Translations under genes and position numbers: made by a program
Notes under the pieces: model-generated
What the model saw: only the letters and a program-made list of their open reading frames with translations
Databases searched by the model: none
What the model was told of the DNA's origin: nothing
Part shown: piece by piece, positions 9,941 to 20,715 of the stretch
Layout: every line of letters begins with the position of its first letter
Numbering within the stretch: the first letter of the stretch is position 1
Source of the DNA: Candidatus Woesearchaeota archaeon
GTDB lineage: Archaea > Nanobdellota > Nanobdellia > Pacearchaeales > GW2011-AR1
DNA: 64,000 nt
Reading direction: 5' to 3'
Assembly (NCBI GenBank): GCA_964566405.1
Contig: CAZMIN010000001.1
Coordinates: 1,755 to 65,754, forward strand

Positions 9941-10618
9941 ATGTTCAAGAAAAAAACCTGTAAAAATTGTGGAGAAAAAATAAACGAAAAATACAACTTC
10001 TGTCCTTACTGTAGGGTTCCCTTAAATGAAGGAGAAGACTGGGGTATGCTTGGAAAAAACGATTTCGTAACTCCTATGGAAGAGATGAGGCTACCTATGG
10101 GACTAAACACAATCTTTAATTCTTTAATGAACAATCTAAACAAGCAATTCAACGAATTAGACAGGAACGTAAAAGAAGGGAAGAAATCAAAAATACCTGC
10201 AAAGAAAGGAGGAATAAGCATAAGCATTTCGACTTCTGGAAATCTTCCTCCAGAGATAAGAGTGAAATCTTTCGGAGATGTTCCTGAGATGAGGGAAAGA
10301 GAGAGAAAAATGAAGGGGAAAGTAAATGGTCTAAAGATAGATAACCTCAAAAATAAATCTAAAAAATTTGCGGGGCTGCCAAAAGAAGAACCAGCAACAG
10401 ATATTAGAAGATTCTCAAACAGGGTTATCTATGAGATTAAAATGCCTGGAGTAAAATCCATGAAAGATATTTCAATAATTCAGCTAGAGAACAGTATTGA
10501 AATAAAAGCCCTTGCAAAAGATAAAGTATATTCAAAACTTATTCCAATAAACCTTCCTATAAGAGATTACAATCTAGAGAAAGGTAAACTAGTTCTTGAA
10601 CTCGAAGCCAAAGATTAA
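9941..10618 (+). CDS. Zinc-ribbon plus Hsp20/alpha-crystallin-like protein
   Basis: CKNC...CPYC N-terminus; EPATDI..EIKMPGV..DI and KGKLVLEL C-terminus. Confidence 0.7.
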   Translation: MFKKKTCKNCGEKINEKYNFCPYCRVPLNEGEDWGMLGKNDFVTPMEEMRLPMGLNTIFNSLMNNLNKQFNELDRNVKEGKKSKIPAKKGGISISISTSGNLPPEIRVKSFGDVPEMRERERKMKGKVNGLKIDNLKNKSKKFAGLPKEEPATDIRRFSNRVIYEIKMPGVKSMKDISIIQLENSIEIKALAKDKVYSKLIPINLPIRDYNLEKGKLVLELEAKD

Positions 10619-10664
10619 ATTTTCACAAAACTTATAAATAGTTAGATTCTTTCAGATTTCATGA

Positions 10665-10739
10665 GAGCCTGTAGCTCAGCCTGGTTAGAGCACTACTCTG
10701 ATAAGGTAGGGGTCCACGGTTCAAATCCGTGCAGGCTCA
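10665..10739 (+). tRNA. tRNA-Ile(GAT)
   Basis: Acceptor GAGCCTG/CAGGCTC, anticodon loop CT-GAT-AA, T-loop TTCAAAT; CCA not encoded. Confidence 0.95.
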
Positions 10740-10757
10740 TTCAATAATTTTAATCAT

Positions 10758-11348
10758 ATGGTCTCAAAACAAGATAAAGGCAAGATATGGGATAAAGTCT
10801 ATACAAAAAAAGCTCACTGGGAAGGAGGAGTTTCAAAAGCCGCAAGAAATCTATCTAAAAGATTAAAAAAAGGTGACAAGATATTAGATCTTGGGTGTGG
10901 TTCCGGAGATGATTCAATTTTTCTAGCTAAGAAGGGTTTCCCTATATGGGGAATTGATATTTCTAGATTAGCCATAAAAAAAGCAAAATCTTTGAGTAAA
11001 TTGAAAAACCTACATTTATCTTTGGGGGATATTGATGGTCTAAAATTTAAGAATAATTTTTTTGATGCTGTGATCTGTATGTGGGTATTAAACTCAAAAA
11101 CAACCTCTTTAGAAAAAAGCTCTAAAGAAATCCACCGTGTTTTAAAAAAAGAGGGAATTGCAACTATAGGAAACATACTCAACATAAAATACCAAAATAA
11201 AAAGATTGAAAGATTCAGAAGTAAAAAAGATATTATCAACGCATTTAAGAATTTTAAAATTCTGGAAAAAATAGAATTTGAAACCCATGACAAACACGCC
11301 AAACCACAGCACAAACACGACGTTCTTATTCTTAGTCTAAAAAAATAA
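10758..11348 (+). CDS. Class I SAM-dependent methyltransferase
   Basis: ILDLGCGSG, GIDIS, FDAVI motifs. Confidence 0.9.
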   Translation: MVSKQDKGKIWDKVYTKKAHWEGGVSKAARNLSKRLKKGDKILDLGCGSGDDSIFLAKKGFPIWGIDISRLAIKKAKSLSKLKNLHLSLGDIDGLKFKNNFFDAVICMWVLNSKTTSLEKSSKEIHRVLKKEGIATIGNILNIKYQNKKIERFRSKKDIINAFKNFKILEKIEFETHDKHAKPQHKHDVLILSLKK

Positions 11349-11389
11349 CACATAGTTACTTTTAAAAACCAATTTTTTCTCAATAAACT

Positions 11390-11956
11390 ATGGTAAAAGG
11401 AATGTACCATTATATAAAACAGGCCTGGAAAAAGCCAGACAAGAAGATACTCAGAGAAAGGATGGTTGAATGGAGAAAATCTGGAGTCTTCACAAGAGTT
11501 GAAAAACCACTTAGGTTAGACAGGGCTAGATCTCTCGGTTATAAAGACAAGAAGGGGTTTGTGATAATAAGAATTAGGTTAGGAAGGGGGGGTCATAAAA
11601 GACCAAGGCCAAACAAAGGGAGGAGAAGCAAGCGCCTCCATACACGAAAAAATCTTGGAATGAATTACAGGTGGATTGCAGAACAAAGGGTTGCACGAAG
11701 ATACAAGAGCCTGGAAGTCCTGAATTCTTACATGCTCGGGAAAGATGGGGTACATTATTTCTATGAAGTTATTTTGGTTGACCCAAAGAGACCCGAGATA
11801 AAAAATGATAAAAAATTAAACTGGATTACAAAATCTAAGAAGAGGCCTATGCGAGGATTAACATCTGCGGCGAAAAAATCCAGAGGATTGAGAAAGAAGA
11901 GTCCTGAGATGAAAGTCCGGCCTTCTATAAGGGCCAGAAAAAGATTAGGGAAATAA
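11390..11956 (+). CDS. rpl15e: 50S ribosomal protein L15e
   Basis: RLDRARSLGYK, LEVLNSY, YFYEVILVDP, RGLTSA. Confidence 0.96.
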   Translation: MVKGMYHYIKQAWKKPDKKILRERMVEWRKSGVFTRVEKPLRLDRARSLGYKDKKGFVIIRIRLGRGGHKRPRPNKGRRSKRLHTRKNLGMNYRWIAEQRVARRYKSLEVLNSYMLGKDGVHYFYEVILVDPKRPEIKNDKKLNWITKSKKRPMRGLTSAAKKSRGLRKKSPEMKVRPSIRARKRLGK

Positions 11957-11999
11957 ACAACCTTAAAAATATCTGTTTCTTGAAAAGTAAAAGAGAAAA

Positions 12000-12242
12000 A
12001 TGGTAAACATATTTAACATAATAGCAATAATAGGACTCTTATCAATAATCTCAGGGACTCTAATGATATCGCGTAAAAAAAAGATAAGGAGAATATATGT
12101 TTATCCTTTGCTAATTCTCGGAGGAATTTGTCTTGAGATTTATAGCATCTACATTCAAGATTTAATATTTATAGTTCTTCAAGGCATTTTCATAATATCT
12201 GCAATTTATGGATTAATTAAAATAAACGAACACAGAAAATGA
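12000..12242 (+). CDS. Small membrane protein (3 TM)
   Basis: Hydrophobic 80-aa ORF; ATGA overlap with the ligase gene. Confidence 0.7.
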   Translation: MVNIFNIIAIIGLLSIISGTLMISRKKKIRRIYVYPLLILGGICLEIYSIYIQDLIFIVLQGIFIISAIYGLIKINEHRK

Positions 12243-13954
12243 GATATCAAAAACTTACTGATTTATATGAAGAATTATCCAGCACCACTAAACGTCTGGA
12301 GAAAATAGATATTCTTTCAAAATTTCTAAAACATCTTTCTGAAAAAGACAGAGATGTTCTCTATCTCTTGCTCGGAGACATCTATCCAGAATACGACGAA
12401 AGAAGAATAGGCATTAGCAATCAGTTGGCGATAAAGGCTATCTCAAAAGCAACAGGAATAGATACAAAGAATGTCGTACATGAATGGAAGGTAATAGGGG
12501 ATCTTGGGAAAGTTTCTGAAAAATTAACCCTTCACAAGAAACAAGCAACCCTGCACAGCCACATCTTAACGACAGAAAAAGTTCTGGAAAATCTGAGAAA
12601 GCTTCCAGAGCTAGAAGGAAAAGGAACTGTCAACAAAAAACTCTCTCTGATAACAGAACTGCTCACATCCGCCTCTCCTAAAGAAGCTCTATATCTCGTA
12701 AGAACCATTATCGGAGATTTAAGGATGGGTGTTCAAGAAAATACGGTCAGAGATGCGATTACACAAGCATTTTATAAAAAGGATAAGAATACTTCTGAAA
12801 TAATTCAAAAGGCCATAGATAAATCAAATGATTTGGCCGTGGTTTTCGGGGTCTCTCAAAAAGGAAAATTAAGCGAACTAAAAAAGATTTCCTTGAAAAT
12901 AGGCCATCCAATAAAAGCTATGCTTCCTAAAAAAGTAGCTACGATAAAAGAGGGATTTAAAGAAGTTGGTAGGCCCTGTGCATTAGAATTCAAATACGAT
13001 GGTTTCAGGATGCTAATCCATAAAAAAGACAAAGAAATAATTTTATTCACCAGAAGTTTGGAAAACGTAACCAAACAATTTCCAGAAGTTGTAGAATATG
13101 TCCAAGATTATGTAAAAGGTGAAACTTTTATTTTGGATTCAGAAGCAGTAGGTTACGATAAAAAAACAAAAGAATACACAGATTTTCAAAAAATTTCACA
13201 AAGAATCAGGAGAAAATACGATGTTGATAAATTAAGAAAACAACTCCCTATCGAACTAAATCTCTTTGACATTTTGTATTATAATGGGAAGTCTCAACTT
13301 GAGGAACCTTTTGAAAAAAGAACAAAATTGCTAAGGAAAATCGTAACTAACCACCCATATAAGATAATACACGCCAAACAAATAATAACAGGAAACGAAA
13401 AAAAAGCTAAGGAATTCTACAAACACGCATTAAAAAATAACCAGGAGGGTGTAATGATGAAGAACCTAAAATCACCCTACAAACCTGGACGTCGTGTGGG
13501 AAATATGGTTAAAATGAAACCAGAAGAGAGAGATCTCGATCTCGTGATAACAGGAGGGGAATACGGAACAGGCAGGCGTTCTGGTTGGCTCTCGAGTTTT
13601 ATCCTTTCCTGCAGAGACAAGGAAAAATATCTTGAGGTTGGGAAGATGGGAACAGGAATAAAGGAAAAATCAACAGCAGATACAGGAATAGGAATCTCTT
13701 TTGAAGAACTCACAAACAAACTTAAACCGTACATCATAAAAGAAAAAGGAAAAAAGGTTCAGATAAAGCCAAAGATAATTATTTCTGTAATTTATCAGGA
13801 TATTCAAAAATCTCCAAACTACAATTCAGGATATGCATTGAGATTTCCAAGATTCACAGCACTCAGAATGGACAAGCCTCTGAGCGAAATAGCAACGCTA
13901 AAGGAAATAGAGAAGGATTTTCATCACCAGAAAAGAAACTGGAAATACGGTTAA
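12239..13954 (+). CDS. lig: ATP-dependent DNA ligase
   Basis: EFKYDGFR active-site motif, EGVMMK, LDLVI, ALRFPRF. Confidence 0.96.
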   Translation: MRYQKLTDLYEELSSTTKRLEKIDILSKFLKHLSEKDRDVLYLLLGDIYPEYDERRIGISNQLAIKAISKATGIDTKNVVHEWKVIGDLGKVSEKLTLHKKQATLHSHILTTEKVLENLRKLPELEGKGTVNKKLSLITELLTSASPKEALYLVRTIIGDLRMGVQENTVRDAITQAFYKKDKNTSEIIQKAIDKSNDLAVVFGVSQKGKLSELKKISLKIGHPIKAMLPKKVATIKEGFKEVGRPCALEFKYDGFRMLIHKKDKEIILFTRSLENVTKQFPEVVEYVQDYVKGETFILDSEAVGYDKKTKEYTDFQKISQRIRRKYDVDKLRKQLPIELNLFDILYYNGKSQLEEPFEKRTKLLRKIVTNHPYKIIHAKQIITGNEKKAKEFYKHALKNNQEGVMMKNLKSPYKPGRRVGNMVKMKPEERDLDLVITGGEYGTGRRSGWLSSFILSCRDKEKYLEVGKMGTGIKEKSTADTGIGISFEELTNKLKPYIIKEKGKKVQIKPKIIISVIYQDIQKSPNYNSGYALRFPRFTALRMDKPLSEIATLKEIEKDFHHQKRNWKYG

Positions 13955-14460
13955 TCAAAATAATCAACAAAAGTTCCTTCCTCATCTATTTCATTTCCTT
14001 TGTGTTTGATAGTCCCCATAAAATTTCTTCCATCCCCTAACCATTCATACATCTTTTTATCACCAGGATTTGAAGGGACCTCCCGTACCTTAGAGATAGA
14101 AACCCCATAAGGAATTCCCTCTTCACTTTTTCTGACTTTTCCTTTATACTTTTTCGTTGAATAAACATATACCAAAAAATTATCAGGATTCTTCCAGTTA
14201 TCAAAAACTCTTCCTTCATTATCAAACAAGATTACCCCAGTTAAAACAGGTTTTATAGGTTTAAGCCCTGTTTCCTCCATCGTCTCTCTTATTACAGAAT
14301 TCATTCTTCCTTTAAGAGCATTCAATCCTTTTTCATAATCTTTTAACTTCCCTCCTGGAAGGGTAAAATAACCAGAATTAGGGTCTCCTTTCCGACTACC
14401 TTTTTTTACCATTAAAACTTTTTTACTGGAAAAAAGGTAAATCATTGTTCCGTATTTCAT
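13951..14460 (-). CDS. NUDIX hydrolase, MutT-like
   Basis: PGGK...RETMEETGL Nudix box. Confidence 0.85.
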   Translation of the reverse strand: MKYGTMIYLFSSKKVLMVKKGSRKGDPNSGYFTLPGGKLKDYEKGLNALKGRMNSVIRETMEETGLKPIKPVLTGVILFDNEGRVFDNWKNPDNFLVYVYSTKKYKGKVRKSEEGIPYGVSISKVREVPSNPGDKKMYEWLGDGRNFMGTIKHKGNEIDEEGTFVDYFD

Positions 14461-14550
14461 TTCTCTAGATGAAAAAAAGATTTAATAAAAATTTGTATAC
14501 TCCATCATCCTCGAAGCCTTTATAAAGACATTTTTCCCTTTATAAAGAGA

Positions 14551-15111
<561 letters not shown>

Positions 15112-15133
15112 TTTCTCATTCAGAAAGATAAAA

Positions 15134-15146
15134 GCCCTATTCGGGC
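15134..15146. repeat. 13-bp direct repeat/hairpin GCCCTATTCGGGC, left copy
   Basis: Identical to 17631-17643. Confidence 0.8.
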
Positions 15147-15148
15147 AG

Positions 15149-15185
15149 AAACACATAATGTCTACATCAAGGGATGTGTTTTTTT
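15149..15185 (+). terminator. Putative terminator after tbp
   Basis: AAACACAT/ATGTGTTT inverted repeat followed by a T-run. Confidence 0.45.
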
Positions 15186-15243
15186 ATTTCTAGAGAAGTA
15201 AAAGAAGGGAAGTTTATATAATTTTATATATTAAATCTTAAAT

Positions 15244-17554
15244 TCAAGAAGAATTTTCATGTAACCAGGACAAATCTGGATTCTGATTTTCACGTGGTTT
15301 TTGAGTTTTTTCAGAAAGAAGATTTGATTCTAAATTTCCAATCGTACCTGGCCGACAACCAACTTCTCTAGCCCTCTCTAAAATATAATTCAGTCCATTA
15401 TCTGAGAGAGAAGAAGAAGTATAACCTGTAATACCCACAAATCCCCCTATAAGAGAAGATATTCCTGCTGTAAGAGAAGTTATTTCTGCAAAGGTTCCAG
15501 TAGCCAAACCAAGTAAAGCACCCAAGGTAGTACCGCCAACAGGTAAACCAATCCCCATACCAGCAGCTGTAGCCATATCTTCTGGTGAAGGCCCTTCAGT
15601 TATGGGGATTAAATAAGATAATTCTCCAAGTCTTCTTTCTTGGTCTTTAGCAATTTCTTTTTTCCACAATTGCCAAACAGGTCTCTTTCTATAATCATTT
15701 AATGAATTTATATAGTCTGAAACATCTGGATCTTGAAGTAAACTTTGAAGTAAATCAGAATATGATTCATTTGCTTGGGATGTATCATCAAAAAGTTTTC
15801 TCATTCTTCTAAGTCTTTCTGTTTTTCCATCTTCAGGAGTCAATTCACCATATTTTATCCTTTCCTCAATGTCTTTTTCAACAAATTGTAGACGATCGTG
15901 AAGATTTTCTTTATCGTAATTATTTCTACTAAGAACTACTGGTGGAGCCCCATAATCAGTATCCATCATTGGTCTATCACGTTCCTCTTCTGAAAGTGAT
16001 TCAATATACGAAAATGCTTTTTCTTTTCTTTTATCAAGTTCAGTAGCTTTTTCACGTGCATTTTTTTGTAGAGATTTTTCTCTAAGCTTGCCCGTGCCAG
16101 TCACAAGACCTGTGTATATTGCTGAAAATCCAGACAAGAAAGCTCCAATACCTGTTCCCACATTAAGTACATCTAAAGCTTCAGGAATTGCAACTGCTAA
16201 GGCACCTCCAAAAAGTGAAAGAGAAAATGCAGCACCTCTTCCACCTTCCGCACCAATATCTCCTTCTTTAGCTTTAAAAAGACTTTTAACTTTTTCTTCT
16301 AATGATAATAGAGAGTATCCTCTTTCAATTCCTGGGATTAATTCTGCAAGTTCTTCTAAGTCCCTATTAAATTCTTGCTGAAGTTGTTTTCTTTGCTCAG
16401 AACTTGGAGTAACATCTATGTCCTGTCTACGTGCCTCATATCCTTGTAAAATAACTTCAAGCTTTTCTCCATCAATCATTCTTTGTGCTAATGAATTACT
16501 CTCTGCAACTTTTTCAAATTCTCTAACAAACTCGTGCCTTCTAATACGAAGAATTTCACCTTCAGAAGGCTTATTGTCCCAAAAATATTTATTTGCGGGT
16601 AGGGCTGTGCTAAGAGGATTTTTCTTGCTTATTTTAACTTGAGGGCGTTCTTCAGTTCCCTCCGGAATCTCTGGACTAATATCCCGATAAACGACAACTA
16701 TCCCATGGTTTCCTATTTTTGCAATCTCTTCTAAGAATGTCTTTGCGTCTGGAGATCTATTTTGATATTCAAGCGAGAGGTTTTTTTGAATAAGTGCTCG
16801 TGCGTCTGGATTAATGCTGAAAAGTTCGTAATCTTTAAGAGTTAGACCTCCAAATTCACCTAAGAGTAAATCTTTCCAAAGCATGGCTAAACTATATAGG
16901 TCTGTATTTGGTGTACTTATTCCTGCATCTACTTCTGGAGGAACATAGAATTGTCTAAATTCTTTTCCGGAAATACGTGATCTAAGAAGTTGTGTCTGTA
17001 ATTCCTCTGTTATGTGCCGGGCCATTCCAAAATCAAGAATTACAGGTTCGTCCTCTTCTTTCAATTTAATATTTTGAGGTCCTAGATCTTTATGTGCAAT
17101 TCCTTGTCTTGCTTGCATATAAGCAACTCCTTCTGCAAGTTTTGCTTGCTGCACGAGCTTCTGAAAATGGTTCTCCCCTATTGATTACTTGTTCCAGAGT
17201 TGATCCTGGTATGTAATCTGTTATTATTACAGGCCGGTTTGCCTCTCTATCAATAGGATCTGGTATCGTAAATGAATCGTAGATTCTTACTATTCTTGGA
17301 TGCTTTATATGTGAAAGAGCATCCTTCTCTGCTCTAAAAACAGATTCTGCATCGAAAATACTTGTAGAAGTCAAATGTCCATGGTAGACTTTTGCTGCTG
17401 CGTGATTGCCATTAGAACCATAAGCGTGATATACTGTTCCAAATTGTCCTTGACCTATTGTTTTTCCTGCACCCCATTCTTCATTAAGGGGTGTAAGTTT
17501 TTCAGGTAATGGTATCCCATCTTCTGTGATTTTCTGTATTGCTTGTGTTGCCAT
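15244..17554 (-). pseudogene. Hanks-type Ser/Thr protein kinase with C-terminal membrane hairpins, frameshifted near 17150
   Basis: N-lobe (IGQGQFG, AAAK, IKHPRIV) in ORF 17090-17554; C-lobe (HKDLGPQNI, DFG, PPE, DLYSL) in ORF 15244-17154, a different frame. Confidence 0.85.
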
Positions 17555-17627
17555 CGAATTTCAATATTATTTCTATTTAAAAAACCTTCTATGTGTAATT
17601 ACTATTAAGTGATATACAATTAGAAAT

Positions 17628-17646
17628 AACGCCCTATTCGGGCGTT
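17628..17646. repeat. Hairpin AACGCCC-TATTC-GGGCGTT containing the right copy of the 13-bp repeat
   Basis: 7-bp perfect stem; core identical to 15134-15146. Confidence 0.8.
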
Positions 17647-17655
17647 GAATCTTTT

Positions 17656-17886
17656 TTATTTCAAAAAGTTTGGAATGAATTTATCAGATAAATTCTTTTT
17701 TAACAATAACCTTACAATTGAAAGAAATAAAAAGGTAACAATTAATGCTCCCATAAGGAGAATCATATCTTTTTCTAGAAATAAAAACAATATTAGAAGC
17801 AATAAAAATGAACCTATCATCACTAACTCTAAATCAATATCTTCTATAATTCTCTGTCTTCTTGATTTGCTTATTTTTCTGATCAT
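17656..17886 (-). CDS. Small membrane protein (2 TM)
   Basis: 76-aa hydrophobic ORF. Confidence 0.5.
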   Translation of the reverse strand: MIRKISKSRRQRIIEDIDLELVMIGSFLLLLILFLFLEKDMILLMGALIVTFLFLSIVRLLLKKNLSDKFIPNFLK

Positions 17887-18059
17887 CTTTATTTAAACCA
17901 ATTCCTAATTTTTATACTTTTCTAACATAAACATCCAGAAAGAGTGTTGAAAATTAATTCCAAGCATTAACTTTCACTCCTCTAAAATAATTCTATTTCC
18001 TCTAAACTACTCAAAAATATATATAAATCTATAAAAACAACCATCATTTTCCCTAGAAT

Positions 18060-20084
18060 ATGGCAGAAGAGGTAAGCAAATCCAAAAATGACGAATTGCT
18101 GATAGAGGCGAAGAATTTCTTCGATTTTCACAAGAAAGAGCTGGGAGAGTCTATCCGTAAAGGGAAAAATAGTATATCTTTGGATTTCATAAAACTCACA
18201 GAATATTCCAACCAACTCTCTGACGAGATACTTACAAACCCTAAAGAGTGTCTGAGAATAATAGAAATGGCTGTAGAGGAGTCTGGACTCGTGAGCAATG
18301 TCAGAATAAGACTGACAAACCTTCCAAAGAGTCAGGAAATGAAAGTTAGAAATATTCGTTCTAAAAATCTTAATGAGATGATTATCATAGAAGGAATAAT
18401 CAGGCAGGCCTCAGATGTCAGACCACAAGTAGTGAATGCTAAATTCGAGTGTCCTAGCTGTGGAACAGTGATTTCTGTATTGCAGCTAGAGAAAAAATTC
18501 AGGGAACCTACGACATGTTCTTGCGGAAGAAAAGGGGGATTTAAACTCATCAGCAAGGATATGGTAGACACCCAAAGATTGGTTATAGAAGAAGCCCCAG
18601 AGTCTCTGTCTGGAGGAGAGCAGCCAAAGAGAATAAACGTGTTCCTAAAAGAAGATTTGGTAGAACCAAAGATGGAAGAAAAAACTACCCCTGGAAGCAG
18701 GGTCAAAGTTATTGGGATCTTAGAAGAAGTTCCTGTTCCGCTTCAGTCAGGCGGACTTTCCACAAGATTCGAGCTGGCCGTGGAAGTCAACAATATTATT
18801 CCTATGGAAGAGACTTTCGAAGAATTGGATATAAATGAAGAAGACGAGAGGCAGATATTAGAGCTCTCCCAAGACCCCAAGGTATTTGAGAAACTGACAA
18901 AGAGTATTATTCCAAGTGTCTGGGGATATGACGAGATAAAAAGGACTCTGGTATTGCAGTTGTTTGGAGGGGTTAAAAAGATACACGCAGACGGGCAACA
19001 TAGCAGAGGGGATTTACATATTTTATTGATAGGAGATCCTGGTGTGGCAAAATCTGCAACACTGGGTTTTATGTCTAGATTATCTCCAAAAGGAAGATAT
19101 GTGGTAGGAAAATCTGCATCAGGGGCAGGATTGACAGCTACTGTCGTGAGGGACGAATATCTCAGAGGATGGAGTCTGGAGGCAGGTGCCATGGTTCTAG
19201 CAAATAAAGGGTTGGTCTGTATAGATGAGTTAGAAAAAATGGATCCAAATGACAGGAGCGCCATGCACGAGGCGATGGAGCAGCAGACAATAACGATTAG
19301 TAAGGCGAATGTTCAGGCAACTCTTCGTGCAGAAACCTCTGTATTAGCTGCCGCAAATCCAAAGTTCGGAAGATTCGATCCATATCAATCCATTGCGCAA
19401 CAGATAGATCTTCCACCAACACTAATTAATAGATTCGATGTCATATTTCCGCTGAGAGATGTTCCTAATAGAGAAAAAGACGAACTAATCGCAATCCATG
19501 TTTTATATGAACACCAGAAAGAAGGAGAAGACATGCTAATTCCCAAAGAACTTTTTAGAAAATATATTGCTTATGCAAAGCAAAGAATAAGACCTGTACT
19601 GACCGACTACGCAGTTGGGGCGATAAAGAAGTTCTATGTAGACCTCAGAAACACACCTGTTTCTTCAGAAGGGAGCATGAGACCCATTCCAATTTCTGCG
19701 AGACAGCTACAGGCACTGATAAGAATGTCTGAAGCTTCTGCTAAGATGAGGCTAAGTGAAGAAGTGACTGCAGAAGATGCAGACAGAGCAATAGAGATAA
19801 TGAAATATTATCTCATGCAGGTAGGTTATGATTATGAATCAAAGACCTTTGACATAGACAAGGGTACAGGGGGGATGGCTTCTTCCCAGAGAAACAAAGT
19901 CTTCCTCGTCAGAGACACGATAACCCAGTTAGAGAGCCGTCTAGGTAAGATGATTCCTATCGAAGAGATAGAAAAAGAACTCGAAGGAAAATTATCAAAA
20001 GATGAAATAGAAGAAGCAATAACAAAGCTAGATATCAGTGGAGCAATTTTTAAACCAAGAAGAGGTTATGTTGGAAGAACCTAA
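18060..20084 (+). CDS. mcm: Replicative helicase MCM, no intein
   Basis: CPSC zinc finger, GDPGVAKS, IDELEKM, AAANP, NRFD, ISARQL. Confidence 0.97.
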   Translation: MAEEVSKSKNDELLIEAKNFFDFHKKELGESIRKGKNSISLDFIKLTEYSNQLSDEILTNPKECLRIIEMAVEESGLVSNVRIRLTNLPKSQEMKVRNIRSKNLNEMIIIEGIIRQASDVRPQVVNAKFECPSCGTVISVLQLEKKFREPTTCSCGRKGGFKLISKDMVDTQRLVIEEAPESLSGGEQPKRINVFLKEDLVEPKMEEKTTPGSRVKVIGILEEVPVPLQSGGLSTRFELAVEVNNIIPMEETFEELDINEEDERQILELSQDPKVFEKLTKSIIPSVWGYDEIKRTLVLQLFGGVKKIHADGQHSRGDLHILLIGDPGVAKSATLGFMSRLSPKGRYVVGKSASGAGLTATVVRDEYLRGWSLEAGAMVLANKGLVCIDELEKMDPNDRSAMHEAMEQQTITISKANVQATLRAETSVLAAANPKFGRFDPYQSIAQQIDLPPTLINRFDVIFPLRDVPNREKDELIAIHVLYEHQKEGEDMLIPKELFRKYIAYAKQRIRPVLTDYAVGAIKKFYVDLRNTPVSSEGSMRPIPISARQLQALIRMSEASAKMRLSEEVTAEDADRAIEIMKYYLMQVGYDYESKTFDIDKGTGGMASSQRNKVFLVRDTITQLESRLGKMIPIEEIEKELEGKLSKDEIEEAITKLDISGAIFKPRRGYVGRT

Positions 20085-20085
20085 A

Positions 20086-20715
20086 ATGCCGGAAGAACAA
20101 AAATTCAAGAGAAATATAGCATATAAATTCAGAATAGGGGATCTCTTATTTGGAAAACCAATAATAAACGAAGAAAGATTCTCTTTTCTCGAACTAGGGG
20201 ATAAAAAGATTGTTCGGGTTAATCTAGTAGGAAATATTGTAGATAAGTATGAAGGTGGAAATGAAAAGAAATATCTGTCTCTAACTCTCGACGATGGCTC
20301 TGGCCAGATAAAGTTGAAGGCTTTCGGAGACGATGTGGACAAATTCGTAGGCATAACCCAAGGACAGACGGTCGCAGTCATAGGAGTCCTCAGACATTGG
20401 AACGAAGAAACTTATGTTTCTCCTGAAATGATAAAAGAGATGGATCCAAGATATCTCTTAATAAGAAAACTAGAGACAGAGAAAGAAAAAATTCTGCATT
20501 CAGCCCCTGTAGAAAAAGAGCAGATAATCGCGATAAAAGACAAGATATTGGAAATGATAAAAAATTCCGAAGATGATGGTGGAATAGATAGAGATAATAT
20601 AATTACAAATCTGCAGAGTGTCTCTCCTTCTATAATTGATCAGGAGATTAAAAAACTTCTAGAAGAAGGTATTGTTTTCGAGCCAAGGCCTGGAAAAGTC
20701 AGATATTTAGGTTAA
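20086..20715 (+). CDS. RPA32-like ssDNA-binding protein (OB fold plus winged helix)
   Basis: RVNLVGNIVDK, LTLDDGSGQI; C-terminal LLEEGIVFEPRPG; start could be 20068. Confidence 0.8.
   Translation: MPEEQKFKRNIAYKFRIGDLLFGKPIINEERFSFLELGDKKIVRVNLVGNIVDKYEGGNEKKYLSLTLDDGSGQIKLKAFGDDVDKFVGITQGQTVAVIGVLRHWNEETYVSPEMIKEMDPRYLLIRKLETEKEKILHSAPVEKEQIIAIKDKILEMIKNSEDDGGIDRDNIITNLQSVSPSIIDQEIKKLLEEGIVFEPRPGKVRYLG

Noticed and set aside
10814..11410. 198-aa minus-strand ORF and the many similar antisense ORFs in the track
   Set aside because: They fully overlap well-supported genes on the opposite strand.
17887..18059. Possible replication origin upstream of mcm
   Set aside because: AT-rich, but no ORB-like repeats and no cdc6/orc1 gene in the window.
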